From contig CM060733.1 of NCBI GenBank assembly GCA_030704615.1, positions 54,436,001 through 54,500,000 on the forward strand: a stretch of DNA of 64,000 nt. The letters are read 5' to 3'. How positions within the stretch are numbered: position 1 is the stretch's first letter; each line of letters begins with the position of its first letter. The translations under genes were made by a program, and so were the position numbers. Below are positions 14,073 through 26,161 of this stretch, piece after piece. Under the pieces are notes generated by a model. The model did no database searches. It was not told the origin of the DNA and worked only from the letters and a program-made list of their open reading frames with translations. The DNA is from Takakia lepidozioides (taxonomy: Eukaryota > Plantae > Bryophyta).

Positions 14073-15415
14073 GACTAAAGAGGTTGGTGATTTGTTGGAA
14101 CGAGTGAATGATGGTTCGACTGGTGTTGTGCTAGTTATTGGAGTGAGTGGGAGTGGGAAAACTCGGTTTCTTTACGAGTTGCTTGCAGAGAAGTGGGGTT
14201 TTTTTTTTACAGCTAAAACCAAAGGAAACGGTGGGTCAGATGATGTCACCTCTGTGAGTTCTCACGAGATAGCTGTCAATAAGGCAACGAATCACAGGAA
14301 TGTGATGAAACTAAAGAGGTGTGCCATTCTTTCAAGGTTGTTAATCTTGGAATTTTGTCACCAAGAAATTCCTGATTTGAGTCCTCTGCAATGGCTCATG
14401 CTCCAGGTGCAATTCCGTGCTTTCCTTGGTACAGATCGTAACGATCTATATGATGTGCTTACTCGGAAACTGTTTAACGTCTTCAGAGGGGCTAAATGCT
14501 AGGATAGAAAAACTATGGACGGATTTAGAGGGGAAGCTTGGCACTTTCACTGTAGTTCTGGATGTAGTACAGGTGTTGGGAAGTAAAAATGTAAATCACT
14601 ACGAATCCCCCGAGACGAAAGAGCTAAGATCCATTTTTTCTCCGTTGATCAAAGCCCTAGTGGGGCCATCTATGGCGTTGCCAAAGCAAAAAGTATTTGT
14701 TGCTGGTACAGGTATCAGCTTTTTGAAGTTGGAAGCGGACATAGGTTCGTTGTTTGCAAAAGAAGGGGGTGGTGGCCCGGTTCAATTTTCTTCTGCTCCA
14801 TTTTTCTCATGGACAGATGTGCGTGAGGTTCTGAAATTTTGCAGCGGGTACCTGAAGCTAGAAGATGATCATATGGAGGACAATGCCCAGTATCTGTTGG
14901 AAAAGTTCAGAGGCCGTTGAAGGTGTTTGGTAAGTTGTGTCGAACGCCTTCTGAGGAAGGCTGGAGGAAGATGGGATATAACAGTAGTAGACAACTATTT
15001 CAAGGAGATCACAAGCAATACCAATGACAACACTTCAATTTATTATGCTGTGAGGGCTCTGTGTAGAGCAAAAGGCACATTTGTCTTGAAAGAATGGTGC
15101 TTCCTTGGTGCAAAGAATAGGAACCTCCTTTGTCTATGCAGGGAGGGGAAAACATACCATTTCAATGGACGGAGATATGACTTTGTTCGAGTGTGGCCTT
15201 GGACAGCTACACCATTCAACAGGTTCCCAATTCACTTTTTCTATAGTCGAACCGACAATCCATCGTAGCATCATGAACTATTTGACGATCAACTATTCAT
15301 TTGAGAAATCACTTAAGGACTACATGGTTGATTGCAAGGATGATCAATGAATAGGGCATGGGAGAAACTTTTCCCAATTCATGTGGCCAAGCTGTTTGAC
15401 GGCATAAAATTGCAG
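14073..15415 (+). pseudogene. Crinkler/RHS-type (CR) P-loop NTPase pseudogene
   Basis: Walker A GVSGSGKT followed by ELLxxxWGFFF, GSDD, ILSRLLIL, a degenerate Walker B (VVLDVVQ), AGTG and a GR*R motif; intronless, with frameshifts and a stop at 14918-14920. Confidence 0.65.
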
Positions 15416-16669
15416 TTAATTTATCCAGTAAAATGCTTGGATAACCACGGTGGTCGAATGGCACACCATTATGTATAGACAAATTGCACCCAATCTTTTT
15501 GAACATGTCCAAAAACTCAGAAAATTTCAATTTCCATTCTTACATAACCACCTTCACTGATTCTGTAAGAAAAACCCATACACTTTCCGTCACTCCTTTT
15601 TACACTCCTGACAAATCCATGTATCTGAAGAAAAATAAGAGCATCCTATCTTGCAAATAATTGAACAACACAAAAGATACACCAACAAAACCTATGACCA
15701 AATAAAATGCAAAGAGAAGGGGGAACATGGAAGGGAAGGCTAAGTAACAGAGTAGCTCTACCCTAAACCGAGGACAAACTAAATTATCTGAGCACACACC
15801 GACATCTATCAATCATGGAATATTCAGAAGTTTTCAATCTCTTCCCAAATCTCTCTCCCATTGCATATATGTCAGACTCCACCCTGGACACATGCATCAA
15901 AGTACCGAGAAGAAAGCAAACAAGATAGGAAACACTTCAATGATCTCTCTGGCACAAGCATAGCCGATGTGTTGCACTCACTAACACTAAGTAACACAGC
16001 TGCACAGCAACACACCTAAGAACAAAGCCACACAATGTAAATAGACGAGTAAATTCACCTCGCTCATCAGCCCTGAGGAGAATCAATTTTTCTTCGCGCA
16101 GCTACTCCTCTTTTTTCCGCAGCTGCTCCTTCGCTTTCCACAGGTAGGTGACCTCTTTGGCCTCTGTGAAGGTTCTCGTCCACAACATCAATTTTTTTCT
16201 CTATTGTCGTGATACTCTAGTTCACCTTTTCAATTTCAGCGTCAGCGTCCATTCTGCTGAGTAACCATCTAACAGATCAGTACGAAACTCTATGGTTTCC
16301 TGCAGCAACCTCGAAACTCTTCTGTCTGATTGGTTATACATTATCATGCCAAGTAATTCCAAAACTGATATATTCACTATATTTTTTCCCAACTGAACAT
16401 TCCACTTCAAGAAAGCACAGGGCTGCCAAATCAGATCACAGTGCAGAGCTATTCAACCTACACGCAAGAAAATCGAAACAATCGTGAAATTGAGGTACTA
16501 AAATAAGATCTTTTTAACAGAAGGAGCTGAATACATCTGGAGATCCAGGTTCTAGATCAAAAAAAAATCGGAATAAAGATTACATGATCAATTCCTAAAT
16601 CGTGAGTGATTGAATATTTCAAGATTTCGAACGTACCTAAGAAAACCTAGTACTTAACTTCGAAACTAA

Positions 16670-16872
16670 TCTTCGTGGAATATAATGTTGGTAGGATTAC
16701 AAAGCATGGGCGTGGTACGAATGCTTTGGAGACCAGTGAGCAAATGATGCGCGAAGGGGTGAAGCCCAACCACATCGCGTTTGTATGTGTTTGCACTGCA
16801 TGTGCAAGCCTGGAAAAAGGGAACGAGGTCCATGGTGACATCGGTCAAAGCTGGAATTGCACCAGATGTCGA
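16670..16872 (+). pseudogene. PLS-class PPR gene fragment
   Basis: SWN...HGRGTNALETSEQMMREGVKPNHIAFVCVCTACASLEKGNEVHGDI P/L-motif text with frameshifts. Confidence 0.75.
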
Positions 16873-17253
16873 TCCCATGTATCTAACCTGCAAAATATCA
16901 AATTAGAAATTGTCATACTTGAAACACAGCGCTTGGAAATTCCACACAAGACACAATCGAAAATTAAAGCGGTGCAGAAGGAAGACATATCTTACAAGAG
17001 AAAGCTACAGAAACGAACCCCGAGGTCAACATAATTCAAGCGACAGGGGAGAGAGCACCACAAGAAAGAAAGCGGTGCACAGAATGTTAACACAAGCAAA
17101 CATAAGCATAGATCGACCTAATTAGCAAATCCAACAAAAACAAAGCACAAGAAGAAAGACAACAAAGAAACTGAAAAAATATTAATTACATGCCAAGATG
17201 AATCGCGTCAAGAGATCTGGAAACCTGCAGCAACTTAGACTACAAGGCCGGCC

Positions 17254-17445
17254 GTGAGAGATGAGAAGCCGGAGTGACAAGGAGGGCAAGCTAGAGCAAA
17301 GAACGGCGTTACGAAACCGAAGTGAACGAGAGTAGGACACAGAAAGTGAGAGATGAGAAGCCGGAGTGACAAGGAGAGCAAGCTAGAGCAGAGAACGGCG
17401 TTGCGAAATCGAAGTGAACGAGAGTAGGACACAAAAAGTGAGAGA
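17254..17445. repeat. Tandem duplication, 92-bp unit x2
   Basis: GTGAGAGATGAGAAGCCGGAGTGACAAGG... begins at 17254 and again at 17346. Confidence 0.9.
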
Positions 17446-18889
17446 GACCGCACTAAATTTGGCGATACCAGGTTTTACCGAGAGCTCACCAAGAGGAGTA
17501 TGCGCTCACGGCCTCGACTGTGCGAGAGGAATGGTTCTCCGACGTCTAGAAGGGAAAGCGAGGAGAGCTCAAGAGACGGACGACGATATAAGGGAAGCTA
17601 TGGAAAGCGACCGGCATGGCCATGGCTGTCAAAAGCAAGCGCCATGATCTGGCAGAAACACAGAGATGAAAGTGAAAAGCGATGAAGGCCCAGGTGAAGT
17701 CGTCCCCCGAAACCCTAGACTGCCCACAGTCGTAGGATCTCAAATCTATCCAAGCCATCCAATATTACATTCCAAGACTCCCACAGGCTCGTCTGTTCTG
17801 TGACGCCAGGAGGAAGAGAGTTGAAAAGGAGGATATCCGCCTTCATGCAACGGTCACACACGGCCAAAACCGGCGGTGTTAGAAAAAAGATGGCTCGGAC
17901 CGAAGAGAAGAAACCGGATGTTTTGAACTTTGCGGTCACAGTTGGTGGTGACGCAAGCGATTTCTTTCACCAGGAACAGTATATCAATGAGTGGCGATTA
18001 CGGGTCCAGAGTAATATCCAGCGGTTTACATTGAGAGGAGATCTTCACAGTAGGAACTACCGTCTTCTGAAATGAGGAGCAAGGGATTGAGCGAGAAGCA
18101 GTTCCGAAGAATTGACTGAGGAAATGCAATTGCAAGGTTGAGGAGATCATGGGGGTGTCGAGAGAAGCTCTAGCTGTCATGTAGGACTTTTAATTCCTTG
18201 CGGCCTCTCAGCACTAGATCCGGTGGAAAGTAAGTGCACTGCTTGCACCATCAATTTTTATGGCGGTAAAGGGTGCCAATCCGCGGGAATACACTCCACT
18301 TCTTTCTGGGCGCGTGGTGACGCGGCCTTCACGTGTGATGATGTGGCTCTGACAACCGCTGTAAGGTCACCAAGAAAATCGAGTGTGGGCTAAAAAGTGT
18401 GTTGGCTCACTTGTACCAATCGGCCATGGAACATAATAAATTCCTATCTTTCTGGGCCAAAAATCTCAATGCAGGGACCTCCTTACAAAACAAGGTCTGG
18501 TGTGATTTACTACCCCAGGCAGACAAAGTGGAGAAAAGACTGGGGAGGAGTTAGAGGAGAGCAGAATCGGGCATCTTAGGTTTAAGACTTATGTGTATTC
18601 TAGGCCTTCCATTCCAGAAGGCCCTTTACTATATCTCCATTTCATGCTCAAATTGTGGAGGATCAGACCCAAGGATGGACGTCATTCAGAATTTGGTGGA
18701 TGCTTCCAAACTGATAATCACTCTCAGGATTGGAGAGGACTTGTCACTTAGGGGGTGGCTCCAATCTGCCCACATGATACACCATCGCATGGCTGACTCC
18801 CTACATTTATCTTTTTATATAGACACTTGCTATCGAATTTTCAGAAGTCCGAAGTCTTTTGACCTCTCCTTGGTTGAGGATGATTGCAG

Positions 18890-21113
18890 CTGAGGCACTC
18901 CAAGCTTTCCACAAAAGTCTGATAGACCCAGATGGCCACCTCGACGATTGGAATGGCAATGACCCATGCAGTGGGAATGGGGTATATTGTAATCAAGTTA
19001 GTAACAATGTCTCTCACGTAACGGAGCTGTAGGTCCTCCACTTTTCACTCGTTGTTCCACATTCAATGGGTGCTTTGTGTTTGCATGACAATGTCAAAGG
19101 GCATCAACTGAGAGGGCTGGAGCAGATGGACTTTTATTTGGCTTTTTCTCACTTTGAGTTCTCAGAATATTTATTTGTTAACGATACTGCATCATTTATC
19201 ATATGGGAGCTGATGTCTCTGGCTGATGGATGTTTTCGTTTGTTGCAGTCATCTTTTCGAACTCAATCTACAGGGCACTTTGGTTCCTGAACTTGGAAAT
19301 CTCTCTGAGCTTGTGTACCTGTGAGTTGCAAACCTTAGAACTTTTATATTCGATATGCTTTATCGGTAGTTGCTTCCATGGTGTTGCTTTTGGCCTTCTT
19401 GCTGAGGTGTTTGTTCCTTTCTAATGGAGGCATGAGCTATCTTTTGTCTTGACTGCATGATGGGTATGTCAGGTAAGCGGCACCCCACGAAAAATAAAAA
19501 TGGCTGCTCCTTCACTGTCAAGCATGATTCATGATTCCTGTGGAGGAGTGTCATAGTATCCTGTGGAAGATTTTGACTGCCACTGTTGATCTATCTCAGG
19601 TGAGAGCGACTTTTTTGTGCAGTATGTATTTCCTTTCTAACGTATGCAGAGTTCTTGCTTCTAGGGACGTGATGTGGAACAATCTCACTGGGAGCATTCC
19701 CTCCTCATTTGGCAACCTGGAGAAGCTGTTCCTGTTGTATGTAACTTCAACCTCTAGAGAGATTGCATCGATTCCAATGTGTGGGGACATAAAAAGTTCA
19801 GTGTAGCTCCGATCAGTAACGTTGGACTTGTCCACTGTAAGGTTGTCATACCACCAGATTCAGCTTCTTCCTATGAAGATAGCAGTACAAATCAATATGG
19901 CAAAAGCTTGGATTCAAAGGAGCTGTGTATACTTTTGTCCTATCATGTGTCAACCAGAATCACGTGGAGGACCTGTGGATGAACTGAAGTTCCTCTCTCT
20001 CTGTGCACAATTTTGATGTCTATGGGGATAACATACAGACTTGGTGGTGCTTGGAACAGGCTGCTGAATGGAAACCATTTCACAGGGATTCTTCCTCCAG
20101 AGCTTGGTGATTTGTCCAACCTCAACAGAATACAGATTGATCAGAACAATATTGCTGGACCAGTGCCCACGACTTTTGAAAACCTTCCAAATATCCAGCA
20201 TCTGTGAGTGTATCTACTTTGTGTTTAGATAGTCTGAAACTTGAGAGTTTGAACCGGTGTCCTATGCTGAAAGTATTTCTCCTTCTATGACATTTGGTGA
20301 TTCATCCATCACTGGAAAAGATTTTGGTGCTCAGTTGTCATTACCACACAGTGAGCGTCTAGAAGTTTACTCCTAGAAAGCAACTTGCTCCCAACATGTC
20401 TGCAAAGTCAAGGTTTGAGATTGTCGCTGGAATGCACGGTGAGAGAAGCCATTGTCTCTCAAATAGTCTCAACACCCAGGCGTGGTGTCATGGTCATGAA
20501 TTCGCAAGCAGGAGAAGTGCCCAGTTTTCCCAAAACTCAACTGGTCCAGACTGGACTGGTGGAAGGGAGCACGTTGTAGCTTCCAATCATTTGTGCTTAC
20601 TGCCTTGTTCTTTCTCCTCTGGGAAAGGTCTGATCAGATTGCTGGTTGTTTGTAATATAGGCACATGAACAACAACTCTTTGAATGACAGCCTTCCTGCC
20701 GGACTTGGCAAGCTACCGAAGCTTGTTCATATGTAAGTATTTGCTTCTTTCCAAGCAGACACGCAGGTCAGGGGAGCAAAAGATTGTATACATAAGTTGC
20801 CATGTCCTCCGTGTGACAACTGGTGGGATGCAACTCTACACCTTTATTCACGTGGGATGTGAGGTGGTATGAAGCAGAGTTGACAAGACTGAAGTGATCA
20901 ATAGAGGGTCGTAGCACAGAAAGGCAGGTTTACACGGATAGAAAAGGAAAAGCCTTTGGATAGAATTGTCAAGAAATGCCTTGTGGGATGGTGTGATTAT
21001 ACACATTTAAAAGTTTAACCTTGGGTATGTTTGGGTCTGCAGACACTGGACAACAACCACTTAACTGGTGACCTACCACCGGAGATAGCGAAAGCTCCAA
21101 GCCTTCTGATTAT
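18890..21113 (+). pseudogene. LRR receptor-like kinase (LRR-VIII-1, At1g06840-like) ectodomain fragment; exons 18890-19028, 19249-19320, 19665-19736, 20060-20203, 20661-20732, 21043-21113
   Basis: LRRNT cap (ALQAFHKSLIDPDGHLDDWNGNDPC) and 72/144-nt LRR exons (DVMWNNLTGSIP, LLNGNHFTGILPPELG, RIQIDQNN, HMNNNSL, LDNNHLTG). The last exon is 71 nt (frameshift); no signal-peptide exon, TM or kinase found. Confidence 0.85.
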
Positions 21114-22003
21114 GTGTTGTCCAGCAGCTGTCATGGGTATGGCACTACTTAACTTCTGTCACAGTGCTCTGACATAATGAGTCAATCCAGTCAAGACATT
21201 TAGAAGGATTTGCTGTTGTGGCACTGCACACTGTCTCTCTTGTGCCCTTAAACACCCCTCCTCCTTTTCCCTCTCATTATGAAGTCTCTTGTCCTATCAT
21301 GTGTCGACCAGAATCACGTGGAGGACCTGTGGATGAACTGAAGTTTCTCTCTCTCTGTGCACAATTTAAGACGTTGAGAACGTTGGATGCCCTTGAACTG
21401 TTGTTGATGGCCTTGGATAGTCAAATAACCGTAGCAGCCGCATGTAGGTAGAGCAGCATGTAGGCAGAGTGTAAGTTATTACACAGTAAATGCATCTGAT
21501 ACTTACTGCCTACTTGAATCGTAGTTAAAGCTACTTAGTCTCAATCATTATAAAAGACAAAATTAAATATTTATTTTAATGTCGTTGTATTTATGTATAC
21601 TCAATTATTGATGATGTAATGTTAACAAAGCACGGGATCCTTGATTATAAGATCAACACTAATTCAATCTGCGTTTCCCTTTGAGCAGATTACAAGTATC
21701 CCCCGGGATTGGCAATTTGCCAGCGGACTCCTCAGTGCCAGACATCAATTGGCGACATCAGAAACCAGATGGTTCTCGCTTATAAATGCTGGTACACACT
21801 GCACATCTTTGTAATATATTAGTCTGAGCTCCAGTGAACCAAAGTGCTGATAGAAGCAAGGAGTGTGGTCCATATAGAAGTTTAAATAAGAGAGGGGTGC
21901 TCCACCCTAGTTGGTTGGGAGGTTGGGAACAGCCTATACCATGGGGGGATAGTTCTGTGTCTTTCATACAAACTGGACCTGGAATAGGGTTTGGCTAGGG
22001 ATT

Positions 22004-23285
22004 ATGCAGGGCCCCTTTAATTGCTCCCGATGTGGAGCCATCAACTTTGCTCACAAATCTGCACTAACGGCACACCAAAAAAGCATAGCCTGTCGATCCC
22101 ATGAGCTCATGAGAGAGAAGAGGCCGGCTATTGACTTAGCAAGGGCTCACCATAGGTCTTTCATACCACTTGACCAACCTTCTTGTATTCACGACCTTCT
22201 TGAAGAGCTTGAAGAAGTTCCCACCCCCCAATACAATCCCACGTTCTCTCTTGTGCATTGGATCAGAAATTGCAAAAACAAGACAGGATTGTCAATCAAG
22301 GATATCAATTAACTCTTTAGCCAGGTTTTGTTCCATCCCTCATTCAAACTAGAGGAGGTTACTGTGAGGTTTGCGGCTAACATAGAAAAATACGAGGAAA
22401 CACTATTCAAAAAAAAGGATGGTTGGTTTGAGCACATGGTGCATATCGAGGACGGAGATATTGGACAAAGAATGTACTATCGAGATCCTCTCGAGGCTCT
22501 AGTGTATCTTTTCTCGTCCCCACAAGTTGCAGAGGGCTTTCAAATGGCTCCAAGGATAATACGCCATGACTCGGGATTCTTTATACCCGACACTGGCCGA
22601 TGGTGGCAAACAATGCAGATATGTTTGTCAATGGGAGTGGTATATCACATAAATTGTCCAATCCCTAGCTTAATGGAGATTGTTTGACTCATTCATCCAA
22701 CTTGTTGCTTGAAGACCAGCCACTCTTCTTGTATGATGTCAAACTCCCCTTAGTTCTTCACCAATACCTTGTGAGCTAGATCTTCACATTTTTTTTGTCC
22801 ATAATGTAGTAACACATTAAATGTGATGGAGCAGTGGTAGCACCATTGATCTTGTATAGTGATCAAACAACTTTATCCAACGATGGAAGGGTGTCTGGCT
22901 ATCCACTTGTTATGACGATTGAAAACATTGTATGCAAAAATAGATATATGGACGAGGGACATTTGTTACTTGCAGTTCTACCTATTTTTTCGTCATCTGA
23001 GGAGTCACACGAACGAAGGCAACAGATTTTTCATGAATGCCTCAGCCACATCTTGGAGCCACTGAAGAAAGCTAGTTATAGATTAAATCATCACCAATAT
23101 TTCATTTCAACTATTTTCAACACATGGTTGAATGTTTGTATGAGCAATAATCAATTGAGAAACTCCATTTCTAACTTTTTGCCTTTGTTTGCAGTGGCAT
23201 AGCTTTATCAGACCCTTTCAGCAATGAGCAGTGGGTATTTCCACTTCTTTATGCGTACATTTGCGATCATCCCGAAGGATACAAG
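22004..23285 (+). mobile_element. Degenerate Plavaka-type transposase gene with N-terminal zinc finger and introns
   Basis: CxxC...HxxxxxC finger, YYRDPLEAL, TGRWWQTMQ, APLILYSDQT...GYPLVMTIEN, IFHECLSHILEPL, FPLLYAYICDHPE; stops and frameshifts present; truncated at the 3' end. Confidence 0.7.
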
Positions 23286-23695
23286 GTGAAATGATATAAA
23301 CATATGACCTAATTAGGTTTGGGAGGTTTCTTGCAACATTCTTGTCTAGTGGAGTTGGGTATCCCATGAAGTTAGTCATTGGGTCAATACAAAGCGACTC
23401 AGAAGGGAATGTGACTTATTCAAAAGGCCTTGAAATAGCCCTCAAGTCATGCCAATGTATTCATCCCCTGCTGCATTACTGCAACCTAAACAAGAATAAT
23501 AATCCATGAGGTTCATCACTGTCACTCAGCAGGCCCCAGCTGAGTGAGGCTCAAGCTGAGTACTGAGTATGAGGAGTAAAGTGTCATTCATAATTTTACA
23601 GGGCAACTTACCACTGCTGAATGCTCTCCTTATTAATATTACTGTTCTTGGTCTCATCTTGTGATCTCTTCATCTTTGCATCCGTCTTTTCATTC

Positions 23696-25075
23696 TTATA
23701 TAAAGGGATCTACATTATGATCCACCGCTACATTCCCAATAAACCGCACTGGGAGCAGTGCACGTCGACCATCCCCTGACTGCCATTCCGGCCTGTAGGA
23801 TATCGTTTCTTCCCAAAAGTCCAAAGTAAAGCCCATCGGGTATAACATAGCCCCACTAATAAGCACATTATAAGACATCATGTCCGTAACAATGGCTTTA
23901 GCTTTCATGACAGAGCCATCTGTAGGATGATCTGGCTGCAATCGAATGAAGAGTTCATGGCGTGTAATCCCTCGTGCCTTCTCTGAACCGCCCAAAGATG
24001 TTTGAATTTGGAAAGGGCAAGGCTCCAAATCCGCCTTTGTAAGGCCCAAGCCTACAATTGCTGCTCTCCCCAACATCAATGGCTGTGCTCTCGAGTCCAA
24101 CAAGACCCGCAGTGACCTATACCTCCTCCCGGTTGGGCCACCCAACTAAAACACACCATCCTGATTGTCCACCAGAACTACCACATGAGTCACCATACTA
24201 CACTCAATGGCTGGTCTAGCTGGCAACTCCTGCAACCTTGTAACTGCCGCTTGCCATGGCGCAGTTGTGGCTGTCTTCATCCTTGAATCCAGGGCATCCA
24301 TGCACTGCACCTGATCCGCTATCCCCGCAGATAGTGCTGATGCATCACCACTCTCACAGAGTGCAACTGCCAATCTAAACACTTAACTCCTTGAAGAACT
24401 CCACAACTGGGTTAAAGGCAGGTACAAGTGTTGGTGCTGCAGCACGAGCTTGGGTGGACTTCCCAGCTCCTGTTCCACTTGACATCCCACTGCTACTTAA
24501 TTGCAGAAGTTGTCGGTATAGCTGCCGGTGTCACCACTGCCCTTGTGCGTCTAGTGATGGAGACATAGTCAGGTGACCAATACATCCACCATTCCTCAAT
24601 CTCCACCTCATATCCCCGCCTAAACTCATGGTAGTCATCCATGGGCGGCCCATCAAGGTGCTGAAATAGCCCCTTCCACGCCATAAAAGGCGTAAACAGT
24701 TGTGGATTGTTCATCTGCTACAAATCACACCAACTATCAAACTCATGTATGAAATCATCAAGCTCGATGGTGCCCACAGCTCCAGAGTACCAACGTGGCC
24801 CCTTGGTAGCTCCATACATTTCATCCATTGTATTCCACAACAATGGCATGGAAATGGCTGGCACCCTCGGCGAGAATCCTCCTAACTCTGAGTCTGAACC
24901 TTCCTCAGAAGACACTAAAGGTGAAGGTGGCCTAAACCGCACACCTCATCTTGTATACCCACTAGTATCGCTGGTGCTCGTACCGGCACTCTCCTCAGCA
25001 ATTGGTGGCACCTCCGTGATGAAAACTCACAACCACACTTGTTATAAACTTGTCTCTAATCCCCCTTTCAGGTAG
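23696..25075 (-). mobile_element. Old Ty3/gypsy remnant (gag N-terminus plus aspartic protease, internally deleted)
   Basis: Gag-like ELDDFIHEFDSWCD...FTPFMAWKGLFQHLDGPPMDDYHEFRR; protease VLLDSRAQPLMLG...SYNVLISG (D-S-G motif degenerate). Confidence 0.7.
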
Positions 25076-25120
25076 CCGGGTAGAGAACCTGTTGCGGCTT
25101 ATGGCTTAGACTACTAGGTT

Positions 25121-26161
25121 TGTAACATAAACCTACACCTGCATCCACAGCAAGCACTCATATGGTCTGCTGGTCATCAACCCAGCCTCACCATAAGAGA
25201 AACAATGATGGTCTGACTGGTCATCACCCCAGCCTCACCACCGACAGCACGCTCTAGGATTGACCGGTGATCAAATCCGGACCAACCTCCTATGAAAACA
25301 AGCACCCACACAAAGCTAACATGGCGCACAGTCAAGCATGCAAGTGTGGAGGGGATCCAAACACAAGAAAATCGAGACAACAACTCCCCCACACCAAAAA
25401 TACTCCACAATGTTGCTCCTGCAATGACACCCCAGCCCAAACCTGGACTGACTCTTGCCTCCACCTACGGAAAGATTTTGGCCTACAGAGAGGGTGAAAG
25501 ATTACAAGGAAGAGAGACTAAAGCAATTCCTAATCCCAACAATTCATCATCCCACTACCCTATCTCCACACTCTCTTGCTTGAACAGTAGACAAGACTAC
25601 CTTTCAAGGGTCTCTCAAATAACTCTCCAGGAGCCCTCAAGAATATGTCTCTCAAACAATCTCACTAAGGCTCCCAATCCTTGCAAAATGGGACTCCAAA
25701 ACAGTACACCAAGACCCCAAGAGCCTGCCAAAACTTAGCCCTCAAGGACCCCAAATAGTCCCTCACACAAGTCGCCAAAGACTCCTCAAGCTCGCCAAAT
25801 ATTGGCCTCCAAGGACCCCAAATAGTTCTCCAAGGACCCCGAACAGTTCTCCAAGGACCCCAAACAGTTCTCCAAGGACTCCCAATGGTCCTCCAAACAG
25901 TCCTCTAAGGACTCCCAATGGTCCTCCAAATGGTCCTCCAAGGACCCCAAACAGTCCTCCAAGGACTCTTCATATGTCACCATGTTCCCAATGCGTTCCC
26001 AAGTTCCCAAGTTCCCAATGGGTTCCCAAAGTTCTCTAAGAATATTCCTAAGAATATGCCATAGTATTCCCCTAGTATTCCCCTGGGCCTATACGTATTC
26101 TCCTTGTATTCTCCCTAGGAATAGCCATTTCCCCCTGGCAATAGCCATTTCCCCCTCATAG
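25121..26161. repeat. Left part of a long (~2.8 kb reconstructed) LTR-like sequence, with a 21-bp tandem array at ~25808-25970
   Basis: Starts TGTAAC; continues at 33278-33488 after the chromovirus insertion and, inverted, at 33823-35336. CTCCAAGGACCCCAAA-type units repeat. Confidence 0.55.

Noticed and set aside
22619-23194. U12-type AT-AC introns in the Plavaka gene
   Set aside because: Donors lack the ATATCCTT consensus and acceptors are AG; G>A decay of GT donors is simpler.
25808-25970. CRISPR-like array (also 39258-39458)
   Set aside because: Tandem units have no unique spacers and lie inside LTR sequence of a eukaryote.
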